64,000 bases of DNA, taken from contig MU056050.1 in the NCBI GenBank assembly GCA_013239625.1, positions 4,078,084 through 4,142,083 on the forward strand. Direction: 5' to 3'. The translations under genes were made by a program, and so were the position numbers. Below the pieces are notes generated by a model, which did no database searches, was not told the DNA's origin, and was given only the letters and a program-made list of their open reading frames with translations. The stretch is from Lama guanicoe. Taxonomy: Eukaryota. Numbering within the stretch: the first letter of the stretch is position 1; each line of letters begins with the position of its first letter. Positions 38,376-52,754 of the stretch are shown in pieces.

Positions 38376-40724
38376 GTATATCCACATTAAAATTCAAAGA
38401 AAGGACAAAATTGTGGTTTAGTGTGATTTTAAGGAAAATTTACATTAGTGTTTTCTGAATCATTGGCCCTATAGTAGAGGGCCAATTGATTTATAGTTGA
38501 CTATGTGTTTAACAGCATCCTTTGAGCACTTCGTTTGGTTATCATCCCTGACTATTTTTATCCAGTCTGCCTCTTTTCATAAACAGAGCCAATGTGAATG
38601 TACAGATGTGACTTTATAAATAAAGCCCTAAGGGTTTATATTTGTCATCTGTCATTCTCAATGTCGAGAAGGAACCATATAAAGTATATTTGAGTAGGTA
38701 GCTATCTTTGTACCTATCACTCAATATAAACGCAGATGTCACCCCCATTTTAATGTTGTATTTCCTAGGATCTCAAGGACGGAAGGAACCTTGAAGTATT
38801 CTCATTCCATAATACAGAGATGTGATTCCTTTTTTGTGAAATTTCGAAGGCCTTTTTATCCTATCTTACAATTTCAGACAACTTCATACTTAACACTGTA
38901 CCTATATGCTAAAGCTTCAGGTTAATGATTGGTTCATTGGTATTGTGTTTAATGTTAGCATTTTATATTTCAGTGTAAGGAGACATACTAAGAAACATAA
39001 AGAATGCTGTGTTTAAATTTAACCCTATTAAGAATCTTTAGATAGTGTCTATTTTTCATCTTTCATATATACTCAAGATTTGGATCTTGTTTTAGACAAC
39101 TACAAATAATCACAGAGTAACTATATAAAAGATTACCTTCAAATACATAGCATGGATTCTTTATTCATTGGATAGTTGTTCAGTTCTTCCTTATAAATTA
39201 TGTAGTATGATGTATAGATTTATGAAAATAGATTGAAGTCTGTAATTTATAATTTAAGCATCTTTAATTTTTAATGTAAATATAATCGTGAAACTGATTA
39301 AACATTTATTTAATTAAATTATAATACAATTACTTAGCAATTACCTTAAAAGGTAGATAAAAAGGATATAGAAAATATGATTAGTAATGAGTATGTCTAG
39401 ACATGAATGGATATGAAAAGTATAATCATGATATAATATTGATTTTAAAAGCAAGATAAAACAGGATGTAAAGTGTAAGATTAATATGTAAACATATTTA
39501 TACACATAGAAATATGTCACTGTAAAAAGGCTGAAATAGTAACAGTGTTTATCCTTGAACTGTAGGAATATGGAGTTTTTTGTTTTCTTCACTTATTTCT
39601 ATATTTTCAAAATATTAAAATGAGATCACATATTTCTTATAACTAAAATACATGCCAAGCATGACTTATAAAAAGAAGATAAAATGTGATATAGATTTTA
39701 TAATGATTCCTTTTAAAAGTGGTTATAATTAAACATCTTGGTGCTTTAAATGTAAGCTGTATTTATCTGGAAAATCCACTTATGTTGAACTACTCAATTC
39801 TACACAAAGACAAAATGAAAGAGACATTTGTATATTCAGAATTAAAGTCCAGATTGTCATATCCATAATGATGCTAGTCAAGTAACAGGACTGTGGTGTA
39901 CGGGAACACTCTATAAGCAAAACATTCCATTAAATGTTCCTGTCCAAATATGATAGGCTACCAAATGTGACAAAACCTGCAAAAGCACTCTGTAAATTAT
40001 GCACTTGTTAGTTGTTATTAATTGTTTTGCCATGTCAGTGTTCATTTAAATAAGTCAACTAAAATTTATTTGAACTGAGACAGTCGTAGAAGAGCATTTT
40101 CATGTAGAATAGCTTTGTACAGCTTGTTTTATGTTTACCTCCTTCTATATTCACTTGGTCGGATGCTTCTTATCCCAATTTTAAGAACTTCTTCATAAAG
40201 CTTAGAAATTGATTGGAGAATGGATGGAACAGACAAGAGAGAGCTCTCACTAAAAATAAGTAAGAACCTATTACTTTGTCAGCACTATGGCATTCGCTAG
40301 TTTGTTTTAAAATACTGAAATACAACACTAGCCTTAGGATATGAATACTTGTAAAAGAATCTTTAAAAATATACACTATGTTCAAGTGTGCATCTGCAAA
40401 AATAGTCCTCCATGATGCTACAGGCTTCAAAATTTATGAGATCAAGTTATTAAACTAGACTAACAGTTAACTATCCTCCTATTGAGTGATCCTTAGACAA
40501 ATATTTTGCAGTCTGCCAAGCCAATCATAATTTTTATTTTAAAAGAGTTGTAAACATTTGTTCTGAGGAATCAGGAACCCCATGGCAACAGTGATGATGC
40601 AGCATAACTCTCATATATTTTAAAAATGAAAAATAAAAACTAAACTCCATTCCAGCATATATTAGAGGAAAGGAATAATGAAAAAAATATATATATACAC
40701 ATATGTGTGTGTATATATATTTAT

Positions 40725-41375
40725 GTTCTATTGAATATCTATGGAATTATAATTTATATATAGTAAAATACATACTTAGGGAAGAAATTCTATGGTTGTA
40801 TAGATACTCTCATAATTATTATCTAGAGCAATATTTCATTTTCATCACCCCCACAGATGTTGCTTCCCAGACAGCATCTCTCCCAATAAATACTATTCCA
40901 AAGTTAACTACTGTTCTGATTTCTGGTACCATAATTAGGCCTTGTTTGTTCCAGAACCTCATATATAATTTCAGTCATACAACATATACTCTTTTGTGCC
41001 TGGCTTCATTTTTCGTTTCATATAACTGTTTTTTTTTTTAAGATTCAATCACAATGTTCCACATATCAGTAGTTTGTACTTTTAATTGCTGGATAGCATT
41101 CCATTCTGTGACTATACCATAATTTGTTTGTCTATTCCAGCTTCATGCATATTTGGGTTGTTTTTAGTGTTTGTTAGTTGTTTTGGCTATTATCAGTAAA
41201 GTTGCTTAGAGCATGCTTGTATAACTCTCCTTGGACACACACACTCATTTTCATCTTTCTTCAGTATTTATCTAATGATGAATCACTGGGTTTTGGAGTA
41301 GACATATTTTTAATTTATGAGATTGTCAAATAACTTTCCAAAGTGATTGTATAACCATTTTATACTCCTGTTAGC
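40725..41375 (-). mobile_element. L1ME-like 3' end
   Basis: tttcatcacccc, actactgttctgatttct, ttgctggatagcattccatt, actttccaaagtgattgta. Confidence 0.8.
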
Positions 41376-41979
41376 AAAACATGATTTCTGTCTCTATTTT
41401 TAATTGCCTTAGTTAGGTTTTCAGCTAAAATTATTAATGAAAGCATTGCTTAATATCCAGTTTTCAGTTTTTTATTCACATATTTTGCCTACCAGGTATC
41501 CTTTCATAAATAAGGCAGAATATTAATAGTATGCAAGTTAATTTACAAGACTGCAAACTTCTTTGTAGTTGACTGTTATAATATAAGTGCTAATTTTCTG
41601 AACTCATATAATTCTCTCTGTACCTTCCTTAAGATACTTATCACTTTCTATGATAACTTAATGCAGAGTTTATGAAATCTAGACTAACTTTCTGAATATG
41701 CCTGCCTATAAGCATCAAAGTGGGTGGGGCTACATGGGATAAATGACCTCTCACCAAATCCATAGGAATGCAGAACTGATTTCGGAAGGATAGAAGAAAT
41801 GGGATAATGTAGACAACTGCTAGATTTGCCCACTAACAGGACTCAGCCAATAGAGTACACATGCAATAGAATGAATCTGCAAGGGGAAACAGGATTATAG
41901 AAGCTGATGATGAAAAACAAATCCTTTGTGAGCAGCAGTATTAATTTGATAGGATGGGCATGCTAATGCTGTTAAACCT

Positions 41980-42200
41980 TCAGTTACTGGGTGCTTACTA
42001 TATGCTTATCAAATTTAATCTTCAGATTAAAGTGAGGAAGCAACTACTGCTGTTACCCCATTTTAGATGTGGAGAAATGGAGGGTCACAAATGTTAGATA
42101 AATTACCCAAGGTCAAACCACTAGTAAGTGTTCAAGCCAGGACTGGAACCTGGGCTATAACTCCAGGGCCAGTGCTCTCTCCCTGAGGTAATACTGTCTC
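41980..42200 (-). mobile_element. MIR SINE
   Basis: ccccattttagatgtggagaaatggagggtcacaaatgttagataaattacccaaggtca..gccaggactggaacctggg. Confidence 0.85.
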
Positions 42201-43889
42201 ATAGAGATGGCTCTGCTGGATTAATGTTCCTTAGAATTCCATAGAAAGACATATGAATCACAGTGAAATCAGGTCATAATGAGTTACCAAGATAGACAAC
42301 TGTAAAACTGACAATAATTATGTATAAAGTAAATCTATAAGTAAGTGTTGATTATGCAAAGCAAGCTGTATAAATCAATGGTGGAAGGATACCAAATGTA
42401 TACATATGATTTGTGCTAATTAAGGAAGAATCCCTGCAATAAAATATTTTTAAATCAAGATTTGTAAAGAAATCAAGTATAAATATGGCCAGGGAGAATG
42501 GTCACTGAACAATTAAGTGTTAACCTGTGGAGGCAGAGATAAAGAAGTGAGAAAGTTTCATTAGGGATGAGAAGTTAGTTTTCTTGGCTGGTGAGCAGAT
42601 CATGGTAGAGAGTGTCTAAAAATAAAGTTGGTGAATTGTAACATAATGAGATGGGAAAGTGAGAGCTGATGGAGGCCACAGATACCTGATAAGAATTTTA
42701 CAAAAAGTAGTGGTGAGAAACTACAGGCTTTTGAAAAGGGAAATGACATGGTCAAAATGGTTTTAAAATAAGAGTATTATTATTTTATTGAGCAGCAGAG
42801 TTTTAGAAAAGGCAGAGGACAAGCAAACCAGCTCCTCTTATTTTTCAGAAAATTAAGTCTGAGGTTTTAATATCCTTTAATTCATCTATCAATGTATTTC
42901 CTATTACAAAATACTTCTTAATGACAAAATGATTTAACAAAACCCAAAAGTTTAGAATGGCTAACTTATGTCACAAACAGATAAAAGTCTATGCAAGTGA
43001 AAAGACAATATTCTTGTTATTATCATTCTATATTTGATACATTTGCCCAACCCATAATCAGAAAGCTAAATTTAAGTATAATTTTTAAATTTCACTTTAA
43101 GAGATTTTAAATATTTTTTGGTTGTTTTTCTTTGCAGGTTTATTTATGTTACAGAACTACATTTACCTTTTGTAAAATATATAAATGGCTTCTAAGGAGG
43201 ATACAATTTGAAGGATTAGTTCAGTCATGTGATGCTAAATAAAATATGATGAAGATAAATCATATTGGTAGAAATACAATTAACTTTTTCCTGAAAAAAA
43301 TCAGATTACAATTTATGATATTGTCTGGGTTAATATCTTTATTTAAACAAAACCAGTTACATTTCAGTAGCAAAATAGAAGTAGTGTAACTCAGGCAGCC
43401 AATATAATAGCAAAGCAAAGTTTTCATTTGGAAACTGATTCTTTGTTGGAAAACATTCTTCTAAAGTCATGGATGACTTCACTGATGAAAAAAGTGGGAG
43501 AGTGAAAAGCACACAATGCAGTGCCAATTACATCTGGTTCCATAGATATTTTAAGCCTTCCATTTATAAACCTGAAGAGGAATGCTATAATGAGGCAGCT
43601 TGATCTGATTGGCAATAAGGGCCAGGTAATGACAACACAGAAGGGTATATATGATACCATTTATTTTGAAGATGGCATGTAGAAACTAGAGATGACTACA
43701 GAAATACTACTTTTGTCTCCTCAACTTTTCATTTTTTTAAAAAAATATAGATCTTTCAAAACTGCTCACAAGTCAAATTTTGCAGGACTTTGTTTTCAAG
43801 AATTTAATATCAAGGAACCTCTTGCCTCTCTGATCATCTTTTCTCTGACTTCTTTCCTTATTCTTTACATTAAATGCAGCTCTGATTTT

Positions 43890-44270
43890 TTTCATTCATT
43901 TATTCAGCATCTATCAACTGAGCAATTACAGTATGCAAGGTATTATGCTAAGTGTTGGCAATTATAAATATGAATAAGACCCAGGGCTATTTTCCAACAT
44001 CAATTTCTTTCTTCTCTCTTTCTTCCTTGGCAGTATGGCTCTGATCTTTCTCCCAAATTCCAGTCCTGTATTTCCAATTTCCTGATGGATATCTTTCTGG
44101 ATGTCTCATTGATACAAGTTATACATATCTAAAACTTAATTTATCATCTATCCCATCATAACTTTTGCTCTTCATTATTTATTTGATGTCTGTTTTTTCT
44201 TTTCTTCACATTCCTACTATCCATTCTATATGTTCAATTATGACACCTCTTAAAATATAACCCATACTGC
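43890..44270. mobile_element. L2 fragments (3' end antisense about 43890-43985; sense about 44040-44270)
   Basis: ttcattcatttattcagcatctatcaactgagcaattac; ctcccaaattccagtcctgtatttccaatttcctgatggatatct. Confidence 0.7.
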
Positions 44271-44292
44271 AAGCACATTCAAAATCATTGAT

Positions 44293-46810
44293 GGGGACTT
44301 CTACTTCTGTCCGTGATTTCCTCTCTAAGTTAACAATGAGAAAACTGGGCAAAATATATGAAACAGATGTTTTTCTATATTGAAATGTCAAAAACCACAA
44401 GGTTGGAGCTCCTGCTTTAAGCAAAATGGAAATGGAAAAACAGGGAACAAATTTACCTTCCCACCTGAAACAAATACAATTCTGGACAAAATATATGAAG
44501 CAACATTTTTTGTTCATCAGACATTGCCCAGCACAGGACAGGGATTCCTGAGAGGAAGGAAATAAGTGAGATGAGCCTTACAACTGCCCCAGCTTACCTT
44601 CTGGAGAAGAGTTTCCATGTTGCAGTGCAGTAGGCAGAAGCTGAGAGGAACCTGACAATCTCTCTGAATTGAAAAGCTGAGTGGAGATACCACATTGGTG
44701 AAAAAGGCTAGAGTTCACAGGACAGAGGAATGGAGAGGTGAGGGTTACATTGAGAGAATTCTCTGATATCTGCAGAGGGTTCCTCTTGAGTCTTGAGCCA
44801 AGTGTTGATAAGTGTCTGTGTATGCAAAAAACTATCTGAGGTTAAAAAAACACCACCCAAAAGGGGCAGAGGGAACAATCTGTGAAAATTGCATAGGGCC
44901 AAGAAAAGTAGTTGTTCCCACAGCTGGCAGAGATCCTTGTAATTCATAAGGAATTGGGTACAGTACTCAGAAGGATATTGCCTCACTAGTGGGGCAAAAG
45001 TGTCCCTAAACTGAAAGCTATTCTGGCCCCACCTAACAGACTTATGTTTAGAATCAAGTTGAATCTCAATAACTTAAGTATGTCTCAAAATAAAGATCAA
45101 GAATATTCATTGGAATACAAAAATCTGGCACTCAGCAAGGTAAAATTCACAATATGTGCTATTCAATAAAAAATTACTCAGCAAGCAATAAGCAGGAAAA
45201 TATAAGCAATAATAAGGCAATAATTCAATCAATAGATTTCTTAAAAACAGAGATGGTACAATTAGGAGTCAAAGACATTAAAATAGTTTTAATGTAAACT
45301 CATAAAACTATATACATGTTTAAGAAAATAGAGGAAAGGTAAAATACATTAAGTAGAGACATGGCAAATATAAAAATTCCAAATGAAATTCTGGAGATGA
45401 AAAATAAAATATCTGTGATAAAATACACTGATAAGATTAAACAGACTAGGCATTGTAAAAGAAAATGTTAGTGAACTTGTATAACTAGCAATAGAAAATA
45501 TCCAAAATGAAACAGAAAAACAGTGAAGAATAAAATAAAAATAGCACCAGGGAGCTCTGGAACAACTTCAAGTAGCCTATTATACATACATTATACATGT
45601 AATTGGAGTCCTTAAATGGGATGAGAAAGTGAGGGGCCGAAAAAATATTTGAGGAAATCATGGCTGAAAGCTATCCAAGTTTGATGAAAACTGTAATAAA
45701 CCCAGTAATCCAGAAATTCAGTGAAACCTAAATATATGACATCAATAGCATAATCCAAAAAAGAAAAAATGATATACTGATCTTTATAAGAATTAAGATT
45801 CTCACTCTTCAAAGCACAATGTTAGGAGAATGAAAATACAGATCAAATATTGGGAGCAAATCTTTTGTAAATCCTATATCTGATAAGGGATTTGTATACA
45901 GACTATTAAAAAAAAACTCTCAAATTGCAATAATACAAAAAAGCACACATCCCAATAAAAATTGGCTACAGATTTGAACAGACATTTTATCACACAACAT
46001 ATTCAAGTGGTAAGTATGTAAAAGATGTTCAGCATCATTATTCATTAGTGAAATGAAAATTGAAACCACACTGAGATATCAGTATGCCCCAACCAGAATG
46101 TATAAAGTTAAAAAGTCTGACCATACCAAGTGTTGATGAAGAAGTGGAGCAACTGGAACACTTAAAGACTGCTGGTTGGAGTGTAAAATGTCAGAACTTC
46201 TTTGAAAAAAAATGTTTCATAGTTCCTAGAAAAGTTCACCATAAGTCTACCAGTTGACCCAGACATTCTATTCTACTCCTAGATATATATCTAAGAAAAC
46301 TGAATGCACATGTCCACACAAAGACGTGTATGAGAATGTTCATAATGACTTTATTAGCAATCATCAATAATGAAAAACAACCAAATGTCTATTAATATGA
46401 GAATACATAAACAATGGGTGGTACATATGGACAATGGAATATTACTCAGAAATAAAAATTAATTATTAATACATGTACCAATGTGGATGAATTTCAAAAT
46501 AATTAGCTTGAATCAAAGAAGTCAAGCCAAAAAAAAAGTATATATTGTATTATCTCATCTATTTAAAATTCTAAAAAATGGAAGCTATTCTATAGTGACA
46601 GAGAACATATCAGTGGTTGCCTAGTATCTTGGGTAGAAGGAAGAAGGGATGGTAGGATTTCAGGGGGTAAAAATAAACCTTTGCAGTTAATGGATAATTC
46701 ATTGTTTTTTATTGTGTTGATAGTTTCATGGGTGTGTGCATATATGAAAATTTATCAAAGTTTACATTTTAAACATGTCAACTGTATCTCAATAAAGCTA
46801 GGGGGAAAAA
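44293..46810 (+). mobile_element. LINE-1 (L1MD/ME-like): 5'UTR and ORF1 joined to late ORF2/3'UTR
   Basis: gggacttctacttctg start; ORF1 (atggctgaaagctatccaagtttgatgaaa); jump near 45745 to late ORF2 (atatctgataagggatttgtat); ends tatctcaataaagct plus A-rich tract. Confidence 0.88.
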
Positions 46811-49800
46811 ACAACATCGTCTATCACTATAGAGCAGACCAGACATATGCCTCTGAGGCTATAGCCCCTTCAGCACCATATCAAAGTTCTTGCAAGCCTG
46901 AGCTTTTCCCTCTGTAGTGCTAGTATGTGAGGGAAAAAGAAAATATAAGCATGATCCCTGAGAGGATAACAAATGATGTGAGTCTTTAAAGTGCCCCTGG
47001 GTCGAAGCAAGAGAGGGAAACCCCAAGCAGATAGCAGTGATATTGCTTTGTTGAAAATTCAGAGAGTGATGTTTAGTGACATTGAGGCAGAAGACAAGAG
47101 AATAGAGAGCTATGCAGAGAAAAAGCTCTAAAAATCCACATATGCATCCTTGAGTCTGTTGCAGAATACTAAGTGGCATGTGCTTAAATTGAAATCCCAC
47201 AAGGCTGGGCAAAGAACTGCCAGTGAGTTGCAAGCTAAATAATCCCTAGAATTCACATAAGGCTGAGAATCATTCTAATTCCCACCTTTCAGACTGCATA
47301 GTTCCTTCAGATATCCAGGACAGTTGGTAGAGATACCAGAAAGGACACATCTTAGTAGTGAGGCTAAAATAACACTAAATTTAAAGCTCCTAGAGATATC
47401 ACCCTAACTAAGCTATGAAACAAGCCACAAAAAGATCAGTTTGACTTGGAATTAACCTAACAACCTGAAAAACAATTTTCAACATCCTTTCAAGGGTGAC
47501 AACAAAATCCAGAAATTGAACAACACAACCTTACAGTGTTCAGCACTCAATCAGAAATTACTAGACATATGAAGAAGTACAGGAGAAAATATCATTCAAT
47601 AGAATATACAATAAAAATTGTTTGGTTAACTGCCCCCCAAAAGGATTTAAAAGAGCTATTAAATATGTTCAAGATTTAAAGAAAAGTGTGACCATAATGA
47701 AGAGATAAATGAAAAACATAATAAAACATTTAGAACTAAAAATGCAATATCTGAAACAAGTTTCACTGTATAAGTTTAACAGCAAATTAGACAATGCAGA
47801 ATAATGATCAGTGAACTTGAAGTAATAGCAATAGAAATTATCAAAAATGAAATACACAGAGGGAAAAAGAAGCTTTAAAATCCATGAACAGAGTGACAGT
47901 GACTTGTGAGACACTATCAAGCCGTCTACCATATATATAATTGAAGTCTAGAAAGAGAAAGAGGATAGACAGTAAAACATATTTGAAAAAATAAATTGCC
48001 TCTTTCCCTAATTTGATGAAAACAATAAACCCACATAACCAAGAAACTCAAGGAAGCACGAGTAGAATACATATGAACAACATACCAAGGCACATCAAAA
48101 TCAAATTCCTGAAAATCAGTGATACAGAGAAAATCTTAAAATCACCAGAGGAAAAAAAGATACATTATTACAGGGGAACAAAAGCAAGAATGAATACAGA
48201 CTTTTTGTCAGAAATAATGCAAGCCAGAAGACAATGAAACAGTATCTAACTGTTGACAGGAAAAACTGTCAACTTAGATTTCTATATGCAGGAAAATATT
48301 CTCCAAAAATGAAAGTAAAATAAATATTTTTTCAAACAGACAAAAGCAGGGAAAATTCTAGTGAACCTACATTATAAGGAATGTTAAAGGAAGTTGTTTA
48401 GAGTGAAGAAAAAATGATACTAAATGAAAATTGACTCTACACAAAATAATAAATGATAGGAATGTTAAATATGTGGGCAAATATAATTTTTTTATTTTTA
48501 TAAATTTGAAACACATTATTGTCAATTTAAAGCTAAAATAATAGCACTGTATTGTGGGGCTTATATGTAGCAGCAAAATTTAAAGTAACAATAACACAAA
48601 AGATGAGTGAATGGAAATATATGACTATAAAGTCCTGAAGTTCTTAAATTATATGTGAAATGCTATCTTATTTGAAGACAGACTGTGATAAGTTAAGAGA
48701 TGCACATCACAATCCCCAAACAGACACTTAAATGAAACAAAGTAGAATAGCTATTAAGTAAAGAATGGAGATAAAATGGAATATTTAAAACAATACTCAG
48801 TTGCCCTCAATAAATGCAGGAACTGATAGAAATTCGTGAACAAATAAGATCTGGACAAACAGAAAAACATAGGAAAATGGTAGATTTAAAGCCAATATAA
48901 AATTTACATTAAACATAAAATATCAAAACACTCAAATTAAAAGACAGAGATTATAAAACTGGTTTAAAAAGCAGGATCTCACTTTATGTTGTGTAGCGAA
49001 AACTCATTTTAAACATGAAGATTGCTGATTGGTCAGAAGTAAAATGATACAAGACATACCATGCAAACTTTATTGTAACACAGCTGGATTGGTAATATTA
49101 ATGTCAGACAGAGTAAACCTCAGGACAATAAATAATCCCAGAGGTTAAGAGGAGCATTTTATGAGTATAGTAGTTCAATTCATTAAGAAGAGCTAATAGT
49201 CCTAAATGTGTATTTATATAAAAATGGAGCTTCATAATACATGAAACAGAAAAATTGACAGAAAGGACTTGTCCTGCCAATATCCTGAATGAGCAAGGAA
49301 ATGGATTCTCCCTTAGAGCCTCCAGAAAGGAACACAGCTCTGAGAACCCCTTGATTTTGGCCTGATAAGACTCATGTCATGTTTCTGAGCCACAGACGGT
49401 AAGATAATAAATTTGTGTAGTTCCAAGCTCCTAAGTTTGCGGGAATTTGTTACAGCAACAATGGAAAATGAACACAGGAAACAATGGTACTTTCAACAAA
49501 TGATGCTGGAACAACTGGTGTATTTATGTAAAATTTGTATAAACCTCAAATTTTGCCTTATGCCATACATAAAAATTAATGTAAAATGAATCAAAAACCT
49601 AAGGATAAGAGATAAGATGATAATATTTATAGGAAAAAAAATTAACATATTTCTCTCAACTAGAAGTAGCAAATGACTTCTTATATAGGACACAAGAGAC
49701 AGGAACTATTAAGAAACAAACAAACAAAAAAACCCAAATGATAAATTGAACTTCATTAAAAAAAAAATTCTGCTCTTTGAAAGACACTATTAGTAAAATT

Positions 49801-50130
49801 AAAAAGGAAAAATATGTATTGGGAGAAAATATTTGAAGAACATGTATCTAGCCCAGGACTTATATATACAAAGGATACCTCCAAACCAATAATGAATTTT
49901 GAATATCCTCTCATAAATGAAGAAATACAAATGATTAATAAGCACACAAATAAACGCTCAACATTATTACTCACAAAGAAAGTAAGGACTTAGAATTTAA
50001 GTGCACAGGGGCATAAGGAGACTTTTAGGGTGTTGGGAATGTTTCTTGTCTTGATTTTAGTAGTGGTTATATGGTTTTATACATATCAAAATTCCTCCAA
50101 GTATAGTTTTAGAATAAAGCTGATTTAAAA
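46810..50130 (+). mobile_element. Second LINE-1: partial 5'UTR, ORF1, ORF2 endonuclease, deleted centre, 3' end
   Basis: ORF 48013-48237 PRHIKIKFLKISDTEKILK..DFLSEIMQARRQ is L1 ORF1p; endonuclease motifs about 48900-49260; ttcaacaaatgatgctggaacaactgg late ORF2. Confidence 0.88.
49262..49475 (+). mobile_element. MLT1 (MaLR) LTR 3' half
   Basis: ggattctcccttagagcctccagaaaggaacacagc..aatttgttacagcaacaatggaaaatgaacaca. Confidence 0.88.
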
Positions 50131-52116
50131 TATGATTTACATGACAGAGAACAAACAGTAACAATGACAGACCCTTAAATGATACTCTGAAGTTTATTAG
50201 CAAATTCTAAGTGCCTAATTTTGCCTTTCAAGTAACTGCCCAATTTTGCCCAAACCCACATTTCCACACTTCTCTCCTGCCACTGACCTGCATACACCAA
50301 AAGTGATTTCCAAGTGTCCAGGAAAATATGATTGTTTATTGTTCTGATATTTTCTATCTTCTTTCCTTATTTTCCCCAGACTCTTAGTTTTTGCATCTGA
50401 TATCCTTTCTCTTAACTCCATTAAATCTTACTTCCATAACCCGCATTGTTTTCTTAAATGTCAGCTTCTCTGTGCCACCTTTCCTGAATCCTCCCTTTAT
50501 ATGTACTTCCCTTAATCTGCCCAAAACTTTGTTTTGTATTAAATTTTCTTATGTAAATCTTATTAGAATTAAGACATATTTTGCTATCCATCACTGTACC
50601 TTGTCTGCTTTATTGCATATAATATTATATAATGCATATAGTAATAAATAATGCATGAACAAATGAATATGACTATAAAAAGGCGTACAAGGCAAAGAAA
50701 ATTAGGGACAAAAGTGTTCACTAGGTCAACGAAATTTGCAGTTAAATATAATTTTTCTCTCCTACTTTTTGTTACAATTTGCAAGATGTAACTAAAAAAT
50801 TTAGTCAAGCAGACATGAACATATCAAGTACAAATTGATGATTGTCACAATCCAAAAGAACAGCTTTCAAATAATGAGCAAATCTCCTGGAAAATATGGT
50901 GGCACATTGGCAACTATCTGCCTCGGAAAATTAACTGGCCTTTTAAGTATCCAAAATTCTTTTATCTATTTCGTGCTGAAATCGGGACCGCTGCATGATG
51001 CTATCATATATCGTTACATTTGGTCATTCTCCACTTCTCAGAGTTAAATACTGTTACTATATTGCTGCTTCTCTCACCCCACATCCTCCTTCACAAATCC
51101 ATTATGTTTGGAAGGTCTTTGACATTTTCAATAAGTCTTTTTGCAAAGCTGAATGTTGAAACTATTTTATTGTTGCCATTGATAAAGTATCTTCCCTATT
51201 TCATTAAAAATTAAATGAAGACCCATGGGGTTTAAAGAAAATGGATTTCCATTTCTTCTCTTTGCTCTTAAGAATGATTTATGAAGTACAAATACATTCA
51301 TAAACTGAGATACCATACCCTAGGGAAAATAGCTAGAATTTATTCCGTTGTTAGTGGTTCACATTATAAAATGGTCTCTACCCAATTTACATGGTGAATT
51401 TAAGTCATATTTAACCACATCACGTCATCCCAGATGATGAGAAATAGGAAAAGCAAACTTGTTTTTGTTATCCAGATCAAAAACTGGAGAGTAATTTAGA
51501 CTCATGTGTCTATTTTACATGGCTGGATCTAAAAGTATATCACCACAACTGAGTTCCGTTCATTAAAGGGTATTTATTCAGAGGAACAACATTCTTCCTG
51601 CTGTATTTTCAAATGACTTGAGCTATTTATTCAGCTTATGTTTTCACAGAATGACACAGAAAATAACAGCATCACCGAATTCAGGTTGGTTTTTAATCTG
51701 TATTTATTGTACCAATCAGAAAAACCACAGCCTGGATTCTTTTTTAAAATTTTCAAATGTATCTGTATCAATTTATGGTCATCCTGCCCTTGAATTTTCC
51801 ATTGGCTACAGCCTCATGATGCCCTAAATATTGTAGGAGGGTGGGCATGCTTTTTCACATCATCCAGAAGTAATTCAGCAATAATCTAAAATAGCTGGTA
51901 CAGCTCTCACTGTGATTACCAAAAATTTAGAGAAAACCTTTAACAAAAGCTGAGACCATCTAACAAATTGGTACAATTATCAGCATGAGCAGCCAAGGGG
52001 GAAACTGCATTTGAATAAAATAGGCCTTTGATTTTCCAACCTCCTTCTACTCCATGCCCTTGCTCAAGGTCACTCTCCAGATTAAAATCCTTCTTTGGTT
52101 TGTCATTGCCTGTAAG

Positions 52117-52235
52117 TAGGGTTTGCTTGGGGCAATTCCAGCTTATACCTGTAGTCCTGGTATTATCATTAATAGTTCCACCTTTCAATCTGAGAAGTGT
52201 TCCAGTTTAGATGATATATTTATATGGTCAGCCTA
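52117..52235. mobile_element. hAT-Blackjack MITE (MER94/MER81-like)
   Basis: ggtttgcttggggcaattccagcttatacctgtagtcctgg..ccagtttagatgatatatttatatggtcagccta. Confidence 0.75.
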
Positions 52236-52754
52236 TCCATAGGATAGACTCACCAACACAATTTATGAATTTCTTTATAGTCTGGCCCCAGGCTGTACTT
52301 CCCTCTCTATCTCTTCTACTTGTACTTTACCCTCCAGATACATACAACTATTTATTCTACCCTGAAACCCCCCTGTATCACTATACCTTTATATTCTTAT
52401 ACAGATAGTTCTTTCTGCCTGAACTGCCCTTCCTCTGCCTTTTTCATATAATGATTTTTTATTCATTCTTAGAGGCACAAACATCAAGCCCTCTGGGACG
52501 GCTTACCTAATTACTCTAGGCTAAGAATGAGAAAGCAGTTTCAACTTGTTTTGTTACAAATGGATTGTTAAACCAAATCTCAGTTCAGTGAGAAATCGCC
52601 TGGAGCCATTAGCAAAGGAGTTCTGCCACAGGCAAGGGAGTAGAATGTGGCAAGTGAGCTTGCTACTTACTCACTGTTCCTGCCCTAAACAGTGTTTGAT
52701 GCCCCCTGCTCTGTGGTTTGGGGCACTGAATTTATTTATGTATTTTATATCAGC

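Noticed and set aside
38685..38740. Imperfect hairpin (tatatttgagtaggta...tacctatcactcaatata) as pre-miRNA
   Set aside because: Short, bulged and AT-rich; no recognisable miRNA.
43424..43660. 78-aa minus ORF and overlapping plus frames in unique DNA
   Set aside because: No recognisable motif or convincing splice pair; this length is expected by chance.
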